DNA of 64,000 nt from Kiritimatiellia bacterium (lineage in GTDB: Bacteria > Verrucomicrobiota > Kiritimatiellia > JAAZAB01). The notes beneath the pieces were generated by a model that ran no database searches, was not told the DNA's origin, and was given only the letters and a program-made list of their open reading frames with translations. Of the stretch, positions 40,756 through 50,464 are shown one piece after another. The stretch spans positions 307,947 through 371,946 of the forward strand of contig JAXGPF010000006.1 in the NCBI GenBank assembly GCA_040767085.1, in the 5' to 3' direction. The position numbers and the translations under genes are program-made. The stretch's first letter is position 1; each line of letters begins with the position of its first letter.

Positions 40756-40919
40756 GCACACACCTCGTCCCGGGGGTTGCTTGCGGTAAACATGCCAATC
40801 AGCTACTTGTAGCAATTTAACCTGAATCGGCGTTTTGTCAATCACGGAGAATGCAATGTTACGGAATTTGGTTTTCCGGTTGGATTTGGCCGGCGGGTTG
40901 CATATAATGATTTTTCGAT

Positions 40920-42044
40920 ATGCATTGGAAAAAACATTTGTACTGGATCGTCCCGTTGCTGCTGCTGGATACGGCCTGCCTGACCGTTTATCTGCGCTGG
41001 GTGCAAACCCGTCCGGCGCCGGCGCCAGTCGCCGGCGAGATGGAACTGGAAACGCAACCGCCGCCCGCGCCGGTCTCCCAACTGCGCGCGCTGGCATTTC
41101 CCATACGCCGGGCCGGGCCGCTGGAGCCCGGGGCGCTTGATCCCGAAACGCCCGGCATTTTCCAGCCTACGGCTTCCGGCCGGCCGGAATCCGCGCTCTA
41201 CGGTTCCACCCGCACCGGCCGGCGGGGCAAATACCTCCGCGCTACTTTCCATGAGGGCGTTGACCTGGCGGCCGGCCGGCGCGATCGACGGGGCCGCCCC
41301 CTGGATGAAATCATCGCCATCGCGGACGGTCAGACAGCTTACATCAACCGGATTGCCGGCAATTCTAATTATGGCAAATACGTGGTATTGAAGCATGCCG
41401 ACCCGCTCGGGGAAATTTACAGCCTGTACGCCCACTTAGCCGAAATTCCGTCCGGCGTGCGCGCCGGCCGGCCGGTCAAGGCCGGCCAGACCATCGGCCG
41501 CATGGGCCATACCTCTTCGTCTCCCATTCCCATGCCGCTGGCCCACCTGCACCTGGAGATCGGGCTGATTTTGAACAGCCGCTTCCGCGCCTGGTACCGC
41601 GGGCAAAAATTGATTCCCGACCATGGCAATTTCCACGGCTGGAACCTGCTGGGCATTGATCCCCTCCGGGTGTTTGCTGCGCAGCGTCAAACACCGGATT
41701 TCAACCTGCAGTGCCACCTCGCGAAAATCACGCCCGCCTTCGAAGCCGTAATGCGGACGGCGGCTTTGCCGGATTATTTCCAGCGCTATGCGGGGCTGTG
41801 GCACGGCGCGGCGTTTGCGCCGCCGGCATTCACGATAGTCTGCTCGGAAAACGGTGTGCCACTGGCCGGCCGCAATGCCGATGCCGGCGAACTGGCGGCG
41901 CTCGGCGGCCGGACCGGCATGGTGCAAAATGTCAACCTGGCGGCGCTGGGCCGGAACGGCGCCCGCCTGATTTACCAGACTGACGGCCGCTGGGAACTGA
42001 GCCAGGCCGGCGAGAAATGGCGGGCCATGCTGCTGCACCGCTGA
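40920..42044 (+). CDS. M23 family metallopeptidase, membrane-anchored
   Basis: N-terminal TM; HEGVD (HxxxD), YG.YVVL.H, SLYAHL, HLHLE. Confidence 0.9.
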   Translation: MHWKKHLYWIVPLLLLDTACLTVYLRWVQTRPAPAPVAGEMELETQPPPAPVSQLRALAFPIRRAGPLEPGALDPETPGIFQPTASGRPESALYGSTRTGRRGKYLRATFHEGVDLAAGRRDRRGRPLDEIIAIADGQTAYINRIAGNSNYGKYVVLKHADPLGEIYSLYAHLAEIPSGVRAGRPVKAGQTIGRMGHTSSSPIPMPLAHLHLEIGLILNSRFRAWYRGQKLIPDHGNFHGWNLLGIDPLRVFAAQRQTPDFNLQCHLAKITPAFEAVMRTAALPDYFQRYAGLWHGAAFAPPAFTIVCSENGVPLAGRNADAGELAALGGRTGMVQNVNLAALGRNGARLIYQTDGRWELSQAGEKWRAMLLHR

Positions 42045-42059
42045 CACCGCCATAAATAT

Positions 42060-42233
42060 AAGTTAATTTGAAAAGTCGCCCCCTGCCACCTTGCGTGGCA
42101 GGAGCGAAAGGTTAGGCAAAAACACAACACTTTGTTTTTTAACAACATGCGGCGTTTTACATAGACTTGGTCTCCGGCAGGCTTGTCCGCCTCAGGTGGA
42201 ACAAGCCCGTCTCGCGACTTGTGCAATTGGTTC
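42060..42233. mobile_element. MITE-like non-autonomous element
   Basis: Imperfect terminal inverted repeats (13/20 identical; ...aagtcgc / gcgactt...) enclose hairpins at 42082-42102 and 42180-42207; AT-richer than the flanks. Confidence 0.45.
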
Positions 42234-42377
42234 AAATACTAGAATACGGGACTGACCCCTACTCCCTCCTCTGTCCTGGTTGACAACCGGTCAAAACAGG
42301 AGTAATTATTAATTAAGGATCGAGCACCGGCAGTCCAACGTCCGCATTTACAACCAGCAGTCCAAAAGGAGCGCCCC

Positions 42378-42767
42378 ATGCAGGAACTGATCAATGAACT
42401 CGTGGCGAAACTGGGAGTGCAGCCCGGTCAGGCGCAGGGCGGGGCCGGCCTGATTTTCAAACTGGCCCAGGCCAAGTTGGGAGGCGATTTCAGCAAGATC
42501 GCGGCGGTGTTGCCCGGGGTGCAGGAACTGATCGCGGCGGCGCCGCAGGCCGGCGGGATGGCAAAACTGGCCGGCGGCTTGCTGGGCGCCATCGGCGGCG
42601 GCAAGGCGAAGGGCCTGGCGGACTTGGCCGGGCTGGCCGGCGGCTTCGCGAACCTGAAACTGGACAGCGCGATGGTGTCAAAATTCATCCCGATCGTCCT
42701 GGAGTTCGTGCAAGGCCGGGGCGGCGCGGGCGTCATGGAACTGCTGAACAAGGCGCTGCAGAAATAA
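42378..42767 (+). CDS. DUF2780-like small helical protein
   Basis: 'LGV..QAQGGAGLIF.LAQ', 'F.NL.LD..MV.KFIP' pattern; GGGAG RBS. Confidence 0.7.
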   Translation: MQELINELVAKLGVQPGQAQGGAGLIFKLAQAKLGGDFSKIAAVLPGVQELIAAAPQAGGMAKLAGGLLGAIGGGKAKGLADLAGLAGGFANLKLDSAMVSKFIPIVLEFVQGRGGAGVMELLNKALQK

Positions 42768-42834
42768 CACAGGCCGACGGATGCCCGGTAGTGCCGGCGC
42801 CAGCGCGTCATAAAACGATGCGCACTACAGCCAT

Positions 42835-45255
42835 TTAATCCTTCCCATTCAAGGCCACCCTGATTTTCGCTTCCAGTTCCTTGATCAAAAACGGCTTCTG
42901 GATGAACGGCGCGCGCGGATTCAGCATCAGCAGGCCGGGCGAGTAACCGGACATGAAAAGGCAGCGCAGACCGGGCCGCAGGGCGGCCAGGCTCTCCGCC
43001 AGCTTCCGGCCGTTCTGCCCGGGCATCACGACATCGGTGATCACCAGTTGGATTTCGCCGTCGTATGTCCGCGCCCGTTCCAGCGCCGCCTGGGGTGAGT
43101 TGGCGGTCAGGACCTTGTAGCCCAGCACGGACAACATATGGCTGATGAGTTTTAACACCATCTCCTCGTCTTCCACCAGCAGAATCGTTCCGCTGGACGG
43201 CGGAGCTCCGGCAGCCTCCGCCGGTATCTCGGCGGGGGCTGACGGCGCCGCCTGCCGGGGCAGGAAAATCTTCACGGTGGTGCCCCGCCCCTCCTGGCTC
43301 TCGATCTTGATCATGCCGCGGTATTGCCGGACAATATCCTGAATGGTGGCCAGCCCAAGGCCGGTGCCCTTCCCGGGAAGCTTGGTGGTATAGAAGGGCT
43401 CGAAGATTTGCGCCAGGACCGCGGGCGGCATGCCGCAACCATCATCGCTGACCGACACCCACACGTATTCCCCCGGCAGGTAGTCCGGGTGCGCGGCGCA
43501 ATACGCGGCATCGCAAACCAGCGTGCCGGTTTCAATGACCACCCGGCCGGTATCGGCGATGGCGTCGCGGGCATTGACGCAAAGGTTCGCCAGGATCTGG
43601 TCGACATGGACGGGATCCATCAGCACCGGCCATACCTCCGCGGCAGGCCGCCATGCCAGCTCGATGTTTTCCCCGATCAACCGCCGCAGCAGTTTGAGGG
43701 AACTCTCGACGGCCGTATTCAGGTTCAGCGTCTTCGGCGTCGAAGTCTGCTTGCGCGAGAAGGCCAGCAACTGCCGGGTGATGTCGGTGGCGCGCACGGC
43801 GGCGTGGTAAATCTCATCCAAATCGTCATGCAACTCGTCGCGTGGCGCCACGCGTTCCAGGGCCTGTTCCGTGTAGCCTATGATCACGCCCAGCATGTTG
43901 TTGAAATCGTGGGCCACGCCGCCCGCCAGGCGTCCCATCGCTTCCATCTTCTGCGCGATGATCAGCCGTTCCCGCAATTTCTGTTTTTCCAGGTCGGCGA
44001 CCCGGGCCGCGGTAATATCCATGACGTTGCCGTTCACCCGCAGCACCCGCCCGGATTTTTTCACCGGCTGGCCCGTAATCCTCACCCAGATCTTATCTTC
44101 ATTGAGGCGGGTCAGGCCCAGTTCCAGGCTGAACGGCTCGCCTGCTTCCACGGCGCGTTTGAAGCTTTTCTGCAGGGCCGCGGCATCGGGCTCGGCATGG
44201 AACCGGGCGTCCTGCATGAAGTCGTTGATGTCATAATCGCGGTCGACGCCGTAAATGCGGTACATCTCGCCGGTCCACTGCATCCGGCGGGAACGCGCTT
44301 CGTATTGCCAGCCGCCCAACCGCGCGATGGCCTGGGTTTCGTTCAAGAGCCGGCTGGTTTCACGCAAAGCACGGGTCTGGCAGCGGACTTGCCGCCTTAA
44401 ACAGAGGACAAACAACCCGCTCACGGCCAGCAGCGCGCAAACCGCCGCCAGCATCCATTTAATATAAGGCGGAATCAACGCGCGCGGCTGTATGTCCAGC
44501 CAGCGCCGCAGCGAGGCGTAGTACACGGAATGCATATCGTTTTTCATCGCGGCGACCTGCCGGTCTATGGCATAGACCAGGCTGCGGTCCGCGCCGCGGG
44601 GGCAGGCGAAATGCAGGCCGGCCGGCCGCAGGACAATGAAAGAGGGCACGAAGCGCTCGTCGAGGAGCGGGGAAAAACTCATGAAACGGTCGGCCACCAT
44701 CAATTCGGCGCAGCCGTTTTTGATCGCTTCCACCGTAGCGGAATAATTCACGTAGGGCAGCAGGTTCAGTTCGGCCCCGATGATGGGGCTGATTTCTTCC
44801 CGCAGATACTGCTCCTGTACGGAACCCGCCAGCACGGCAATGCGTTTGCCCTTCAGATCCTGGATCGAACGCAGCCGGCAGGGGGGCAGGGAAAACGCCT
44901 CCAGCCAGGATTCCAGCACGGGCGCGCTGAACATGAACTGCTGGGCGCGCCCGGGGGAATAAGACATATCCACCATCAGGTCAAGCTTGCCGTCTTCCAG
45001 GCGCTGGATGTTTTCCGACCAGGTGCTGTAAACGTAGTCGATTTCCCATTTTTCACGCGCGGCGATTTCGTTGAGAATGTCAATGAAAATTCCCTGGGGC
45101 TGCCCGCCCTGGTCCATGAAAACCTTGGGAATGTTTTCATAGATGCCGACCCGCAATTTCAAAGCCGCAGCCGGCAGCGGCGCCGCCGCGAACAAGGTCA
45201 GCGCCAGCCACCAGTAGAATCCGCCCCGCGCCGCGCGGAAGATTATACGCAGCAT
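42835..45255 (-). CDS. Hybrid sensor histidine kinase (periplasmic solute-binding, PAS, HisKA, HATPase, receiver)
   Basis: AHDFNN H-box, NARDA, DDGCG, FYTTK..GKGTGLGL, ILLVEDE, TDVVMP, KPF. Confidence 0.93.
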   Translation of the reverse strand: MLRIIFRAARGGFYWWLALTLFAAAPLPAAALKLRVGIYENIPKVFMDQGGQPQGIFIDILNEIAAREKWEIDYVYSTWSENIQRLEDGKLDLMVDMSYSPGRAQQFMFSAPVLESWLEAFSLPPCRLRSIQDLKGKRIAVLAGSVQEQYLREEISPIIGAELNLLPYVNYSATVEAIKNGCAELMVADRFMSFSPLLDERFVPSFIVLRPAGLHFACPRGADRSLVYAIDRQVAAMKNDMHSVYYASLRRWLDIQPRALIPPYIKWMLAAVCALLAVSGLFVLCLRRQVRCQTRALRETSRLLNETQAIARLGGWQYEARSRRMQWTGEMYRIYGVDRDYDINDFMQDARFHAEPDAAALQKSFKRAVEAGEPFSLELGLTRLNEDKIWVRITGQPVKKSGRVLRVNGNVMDITAARVADLEKQKLRERLIIAQKMEAMGRLAGGVAHDFNNMLGVIIGYTEQALERVAPRDELHDDLDEIYHAAVRATDITRQLLAFSRKQTSTPKTLNLNTAVESSLKLLRRLIGENIELAWRPAAEVWPVLMDPVHVDQILANLCVNARDAIADTGRVVIETGTLVCDAAYCAAHPDYLPGEYVWVSVSDDGCGMPPAVLAQIFEPFYTTKLPGKGTGLGLATIQDIVRQYRGMIKIESQEGRGTTVKIFLPRQAAPSAPAEIPAEAAGAPPSSGTILLVEDEEMVLKLISHMLSVLGYKVLTANSPQAALERARTYDGEIQLVITDVVMPGQNGRKLAESLAALRPGLRCLFMSGYSPGLLMLNPRAPFIQKPFLIKELEAKIRVALNGKD

Positions 45256-45315
45256 TGCAGGCCTCTTTCGCAGACAGACATTGATGTAATACTGCTTCCG
45301 CCGGATAACCGGCAA

Positions 45316-46464
45316 TCAACGGCGTTTTTCCATTAAAGCATCCGCAATGTTGCGGCCGGCCTCGCGGTATTTTTTGGGCGAGAAACCGGTCTCGCCGGCG
45401 CCGGCCCATGGAATCTGCAATGTCACGGCGCAGACGCCGTTCGGCCCGACCGCCAGCCATTCGTGAAAACTTCCCGCGCCGGGAGCCGGGACCGCGCGGA
45501 CAAACTCCGGCGCGGCAAATTCCAGGCCGAGTTTGTGCTGCATGACATGCGCCCATTTTAAGGCTTGCGCATGTATTTCCGGATGCCGCTGCGCCTCCGG
45601 CAATTCGCAATAAATGCCGGACTTTTCACATAACGGGGCGGCCTGAAGGTTGATGGCCAGGGCGGGACGGCAGGCGGCGCGCCAGTGCGCGATGTCGCTG
45701 CGGAGCACGGCGGTTTCGTGACGCACCGGCATGTCCGTCCAATCCCCGGCCCCATCCGGCGCGGAATGCCAGGCGCCCGCCGGCGCGGCATCCGGATCGG
45801 CCAGGGCAACGGCCCAGATCAAAAAGGGATTATTCCTGGCGCCGGCAAATCGCTGCAGCATGCCGTCCAGCACCCAGGCCGCCGGCATGTCGTTGCCGCG
45901 CAGGCGGGCGGCCAGGTAAAGTCCGCCGGGAAACCGGGCGCCGGCGTTATATTCGTTGGCCAGCCGCATGATGGGATGGCCGCCGGATGAAAGGCCGATG
46001 GCATCGGCTTGCCAGAAACCGCGGCTCCGGGTAAGCAACTGGCGGAGATCGCCGTCGGCATAAGGGAACCCCAGCGCCACTTCCATGGGCCCCGCCGGCT
46101 GGTTAACCGTCCAAACGGCCGCGGCCCGGCCGTCCGGGGCCAACTCCGGCTTGCCGGCCGGCAGCCGCATCCACCATTGTCCCGCCGGCTTGAACACCGG
46201 GCAGCATTCAGCGGGATCCCTGGCGCCGGCCAGGGTGTCGTAATGTTCCAAAACCAGGCGCAATTTGCCGGATTCCGGGCCGGCGGCGGCGGGCGGCTTG
46301 ATCTGGAAACAGAACCATAGCGGCCGGGTCCCGCGCGGCGCGGGGGTGAACCGGATTTCCGGAATGTCGCCGGAAATGATTTTCAGGCCGGCGGCATTGC
46401 CGCCGGGAATCCGCCAATCAGCTTCCCATCCCGGCTGACTCGGCGTTGCGTCTGTTGTTACCAT
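45316..46464 (-). CDS. M14 carboxypeptidase-like protein with degenerate zinc ligands
   Basis: 'GGNA...LWFCF', 'FPY', 'IGLS..G.PI', 'DPD' fit the M14/cytosolic carboxypeptidase fold. The HxxE position reads ARLRGND and the DxH position reads NLQ. Confidence 0.6.
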   Translation of the reverse strand: MVTTDATPSQPGWEADWRIPGGNAAGLKIISGDIPEIRFTPAPRGTRPLWFCFQIKPPAAAGPESGKLRLVLEHYDTLAGARDPAECCPVFKPAGQWWMRLPAGKPELAPDGRAAAVWTVNQPAGPMEVALGFPYADGDLRQLLTRSRGFWQADAIGLSSGGHPIMRLANEYNAGARFPGGLYLAARLRGNDMPAAWVLDGMLQRFAGARNNPFLIWAVALADPDAAPAGAWHSAPDGAGDWTDMPVRHETAVLRSDIAHWRAACRPALAINLQAAPLCEKSGIYCELPEAQRHPEIHAQALKWAHVMQHKLGLEFAAPEFVRAVPAPGAGSFHEWLAVGPNGVCAVTLQIPWAGAGETGFSPKKYREAGRNIADALMEKRR

Positions 46465-46519
46465 GTCGGCATTATGCCGGCCGCCGGCATTAAAGACAAG
46501 CGCAATCTATGCCCGCCAT

Positions 46520-48865
46520 TCAGCCGGCGGGCCACTCCAGCTTCAGCAGCCGCGCGGCATTGCCGCCGTAGATTTGGCGTAGCACGTCATCCGGCAAGTT
46601 CAACCCGTAAATGTTAAAGTCATAGCCGAATTCATGCGCCGGGAACCACTCGGCGCCGGTCTCCAGAAATTGGAACCAGAAACGATAGCCGCCATCCTGG
46701 TTGGGGCAGGAATAATCCGTCCCCCACAGAATCCGGTTGGCATGCTGCATGCACAGGGCGCGGGTGGCGGCCGGCTGGCGTCCTAGTTCGAACAGGCGCG
46801 CAGAGGTATCCACGTAAACGTTGGGGCACTTTTGCAGCAAGGCCGCACAAGCCGGCAAATCGGATTCCAACGCCGCCAGGTGCGCGAAAACAAAAGTGGT
46901 CTCGGGATGCGCCAGCGCCAGTTGTTCCTGCTCCCGCAGCAGCGCGGCATGGGAAGGATATCCCGGCGCACCCCAGCGCCAGCGCAGCGCGGCGTCATCC
47001 AGGGCGCGCAATTCCTCGTAAGTGCCGCCGATGGGGCGGAAACTGCGCAGGGGATCGGCGATATGGTAGAGCACCGGCAAATTCCGTTCCGCGGCCGCCC
47101 GCCAGACCGGCGCCAGGCGTTCATCCGAGGGCGCAATCAGGTTGCCCCGGCTGTCGCGGTAAACCAGGCCCAATTCCTTGAAAATTTTCAACCCGCGCGC
47201 GCCCGCCTGGAGATCCTGGTCCAGCTTGCGGCGCACGTAATCCGCCCAGCCGGTTTGATCCAGCCGGCGGAAATCCAGGCCGCCGAAAATCAGGATGCGG
47301 TCGCGCACTGGCGGCGGCAGCCGGTACGGCTCCAGAACCGCCATGGGCAGGGAATCGCCGATCAGGTTCACGCCGTAACGCACATTGGCGGCATCCATGG
47401 CCGCTTGGGCGGCGGCCGGATCGAAGCGGTGTCCGCTGTAGTGCATGTGGAAATCAATGGCCGGAAAGCGCGCAGCGGCCGGCGGAGGCGGCGTCGGGTG
47501 GCGCCGGACCAGCGGCCGGCCGGCGCCAGCGGCCGCCGGCGCGGCCCCCGCGGCCGGGGTAAACAACCCTTGCAGGAGCAGGCCGGCCCAACCCGTAAGC
47601 CGGTTGATGGCAACATCGCCGAACTTGGTGGTTTTGACTTCATAGCCGCCCTGCCGGAGCGCGGCGGGGGTGGGAAAATAGCCGGCATCGTCGTTGGCAT
47701 AGCCCACCAGGAACGTGCTGGCGAACGGGGATTGGGCCTTGATGGCCGCGCCCAGTTCGTTGAACACCTCGCCCGGTAGCCCCAGGAAAACCGTGTCGCC
47801 CACCACGATCCCCTGCAACTCGGTGGTCAACTCGCCATTGGGCAGTTTAAACCGGCGTTGCGCATAATTCCGTTCACAACCGGCGTAAACGCATTCCAGG
47901 CGCAGGCGGTCAATTTCCGCCGGCGCTGCGCCGCCCGCGCGCGCGGCGCGCAATTTTTCCAGCGCGGCGGCGTAAACGTGTTGCGCGTCGGCCGGCAGCA
48001 TGCCGTCGCGCACGGGCAGGCGCAGGGGCAGGCTGCCGCCGCGCACGTCAAATTCGCCGCGCGGCTGGATGGTCCGGGCCAGGCGGACGGATTCCTCGCC
48101 GATGATCGCGCCGATCCGGGCGGCGCGCTCGAAGGTCCGGTTGGGGATGGGCCGGCCCAGGGCGCTGTCTTCGGCGGAGTAGCCGCCGGGATTGATATCG
48201 CCGCAGGCCCCGTTCAGGAACAAGACCACCGGCTGGTCCGGCAGGCTGGCGCGCACATGGGCGCATACCTGGCCGGGATAATCGGCGGTGTAAAGCAGGT
48301 TTTTCAAATCCAGCGTGGTGGCATGGCAGGCATGGTTGACAATGACCCCCATGATCTTGCCCGTCCGGGCGTCATCCAGCCGCATGACGTTGACGGCGCG
48401 GTCCACCGGCCCGTGGAGCGGGTCGCGCCGGTTGCCGCCCACGCCGTCCACCGCGCCGGCGGCGGCGCCGATCCGGGCCGGCCGGCGGGCGACATCCGCC
48501 ATCATGATAACCTCGGCCAGCCGCTCTTCCAATTCCACCCGCCAGCGCTGGTTCAACTCGTTATCGCAGTCCAGGCTGGGCCCGGAGTGGGTATGCGTTG
48601 CGGCCAGCATCAGGCGTTCGGGCTGGATGGCATTCCGCGCGGCGCGCTGGCGCACGGCCGCAACAATTTCCGCGTCCAACTCGCATACATCCACCACGCA
48701 AACGGCGCTTTTCCGGCCATTGCGGCAATCGAACACCGCCGCCCGCGCGTAGAGTTCGTCGTGGGTGCCCGTGGCCGGCCCGGCGCGTTCGGCGAAACCG
48801 GCCATCTTCAGCCCCGGTGGCGGGGTGATTGCAATTTCGGCCACTCCAGCAAGAAACTCGGGCAT
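46520..48865 (-). CDS. Neutral/alkaline ceramidase-like domain fused to an amidohydrolase_2 domain
   Basis: ITPP, HDELYARA, ATHTHSGP, HACH, GACGDINP, GYAND..GY.P; Pro/Ala linker; then DFHMH, GLK, HIAD, AH, WGTD. Confidence 0.82.
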   Translation of the reverse strand: MPEFLAGVAEIAITPPPGLKMAGFAERAGPATGTHDELYARAAVFDCRNGRKSAVCVVDVCELDAEIVAAVRQRAARNAIQPERLMLAATHTHSGPSLDCDNELNQRWRVELEERLAEVIMMADVARRPARIGAAAGAVDGVGGNRRDPLHGPVDRAVNVMRLDDARTGKIMGVIVNHACHATTLDLKNLLYTADYPGQVCAHVRASLPDQPVVLFLNGACGDINPGGYSAEDSALGRPIPNRTFERAARIGAIIGEESVRLARTIQPRGEFDVRGGSLPLRLPVRDGMLPADAQHVYAAALEKLRAARAGGAAPAEIDRLRLECVYAGCERNYAQRRFKLPNGELTTELQGIVVGDTVFLGLPGEVFNELGAAIKAQSPFASTFLVGYANDDAGYFPTPAALRQGGYEVKTTKFGDVAINRLTGWAGLLLQGLFTPAAGAAPAAAGAGRPLVRRHPTPPPPAAARFPAIDFHMHYSGHRFDPAAAQAAMDAANVRYGVNLIGDSLPMAVLEPYRLPPPVRDRILIFGGLDFRRLDQTGWADYVRRKLDQDLQAGARGLKIFKELGLVYRDSRGNLIAPSDERLAPVWRAAAERNLPVLYHIADPLRSFRPIGGTYEELRALDDAALRWRWGAPGYPSHAALLREQEQLALAHPETTFVFAHLAALESDLPACAALLQKCPNVYVDTSARLFELGRQPAATRALCMQHANRILWGTDYSCPNQDGGYRFWFQFLETGAEWFPAHEFGYDFNIYGLNLPDDVLRQIYGGNAARLLKLEWPAG

Positions 48866-48883
48866 GATACGGCTCCTCGGCGC

Positions 48884-49846
48884 TTATGGTTGCATTTCTA
48901 CGGCCTGGCGCACGACCTTATTGGCGAATGCGCTGTGAAAAACCTGGCGGAACTCCGGCCAGTCCAGGAACAGCAGGAGCGTGCAGGCGCCGAACGACGC
49001 CAGCACCAGCAGCACCAGCTTGCGCGCCCGGAAAAGCTTTTCGGGATACTGCACGGGACTCCGCGGCTTATAAGACAGGTGCAGGTAATAGGCCATGGTA
49101 TAAGCCATGGGCGGCGCGGCCAGGATGAGTTCAAAATGGTAGCGCGCGATGAAAAAACCGCCGTTCAGCGCGAAAAGGGTGGCGTAAAAGAATATGCTCT
49201 CCAGCAGTTTTTCCTCCGTGTAATAACCGAAGGAACGCCGGTAACGCGCCGCGCGCTCCGGATCGGCCAGGTTGCGGTATTCCGCAAACCGCTTGGCGGC
49301 CATCAGGAACGCGCCGAACATCCAGTAAGCCAGCGCCAGCGACAGCGGCGGCGGCGCGGCCAGCCCCGTGCTGAACCAGCCGAGCGCCAGCCGGATGGGA
49401 TTGTTCAGCGATTCGCTCAGCACGTCGGCATAAGGCAGGTCTTTCAGACGGATGGGGCGGAGGTTGTATAAAATCCCCATGATCCACAGCGCCAGGCCCG
49501 CGCCGCCGAATCCCGGGTTCACGCGCCAGGCCAGCGCCAGCCCGGCCGCGCTGAGCGCCACCCACATCCCCCAGCACACCGGCACGCGGGCCCGGCCGCT
49601 CGGGATGGGCCGGCGGCATTTTTCCGGGTGGTGCAAATCCGTCGGCGCGTCCAGGATTTCGTTGAAGACGTAATTGGCGGAAGCGATCAGGCAGGCCACC
49701 GCCAGGCCCCACGCCACCTGCAGCCAGACGCCGGGCGTGAGCAGCGCCGGCTGAAAAAACAGCGCCAGCGCCACGCCGGGCAACATGAAAATGTTTTTGA
49801 ACCAGTGGTCCGGCCGCGCTACGCTCGCATATGGCAGAATATTCAT
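48884..49846 (-). CDS. UbiA family prenyltransferase (decaprenyl-phosphate phosphoribosyltransferase-like)
   Basis: RPDHWFKN, NEILD..TD.HHPEK..RPIPSG, KRFAE. Confidence 0.85.
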   Translation of the reverse strand: MNILPYASVARPDHWFKNIFMLPGVALALFFQPALLTPGVWLQVAWGLAVACLIASANYVFNEILDAPTDLHHPEKCRRPIPSGRARVPVCWGMWVALSAAGLALAWRVNPGFGGAGLALWIMGILYNLRPIRLKDLPYADVLSESLNNPIRLALGWFSTGLAAPPPLSLALAYWMFGAFLMAAKRFAEYRNLADPERAARYRRSFGYYTEEKLLESIFFYATLFALNGGFFIARYHFELILAAPPMAYTMAYYLHLSYKPRSPVQYPEKLFRARKLVLLVLASFGACTLLLFLDWPEFRQVFHSAFANKVVRQAVEMQP

Positions 49847-49861
49847 GCCGGCACTGGCAGG

Positions 49862-50443
49862 TCAGGCGGTGGGCCGGCCGGGCGGCGGATTGGATGCCGG
49901 CGCGGGGGCGGGCCCGCCGCCTTCCGCCTTGATGGATTTTTGCGGCTTGAGGAGCATGATCAGGTTATGCCCGAACAGTTTCGGCGGGGCTTCGGCGACG
50001 CCAACTTTTTCGCAATCGCGCAGCAGCCTTTCGAAGAGAGCATAGCCCAGGTCGCGATGTTCGTTTTCGCGGCCGCGGAACATCAGCGAGGTTTTGACGC
50101 GCTGTCCCTTTTGGAGGAAATCCGTGATATGGTTCAGCTTGGTGGCATAGTCATGCGGTTCCACGTTCAGATGGAATTTGATTTCTTTCACCACCGTCGT
50201 GTTCTGATGCTTGCGCGCCAGCTTGTTTTTCCGGCTTTCCTCATAACGGAACTTGCCGAAATTCATGATGCGGCATACCGGCGGCTGGGCGTTGGGCGAA
50301 ATTTCCACCAGATCCATCCCCCGGCTCTCCGCCAGGCGCAGGGCTTCGGAAGTGGAAAGGACGCCGATCTGCTCGCCGGTATCGGAAATGCAACGAACCT
50401 GCGGAACGCGAATCCGGTGATTGACTCTGATTGTCGTGCGAAT
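49862..50443 (-). CDS. infC: Translation initiation factor IF-3 (AUU start codon)
   Basis: GGAGG, 6 nt, then ATT at 50443 opens (I)RTTIRVNHRIRVPQVRCI...MDLVEISPNAQPPVCRIM...VKEIKF...MFRGRE; directly downstream of thrS. Confidence 0.95.
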   Translation of the reverse strand: MRTTIRVNHRIRVPQVRCISDTGEQIGVLSTSEALRLAESRGMDLVEISPNAQPPVCRIMNFGKFRYEESRKNKLARKHQNTTVVKEIKFHLNVEPHDYATKLNHITDFLQKGQRVKTSLMFRGRENEHRDLGYALFERLLRDCEKVGVAEAPPKLFGHNLIMLLKPQKSIKAEGGGPAPAPASNPPPGRPTA

Positions 50444-50464
50444 AGCCTGCCTCCCTGGTTATGG

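Noticed and set aside
47858-49471. 537-aa plus-strand ORF (likewise 38965-40272, 50942-52246 and 62160-63467)
   Set aside because: These lie antisense to well-supported minus-strand genes and have no independent coding evidence.
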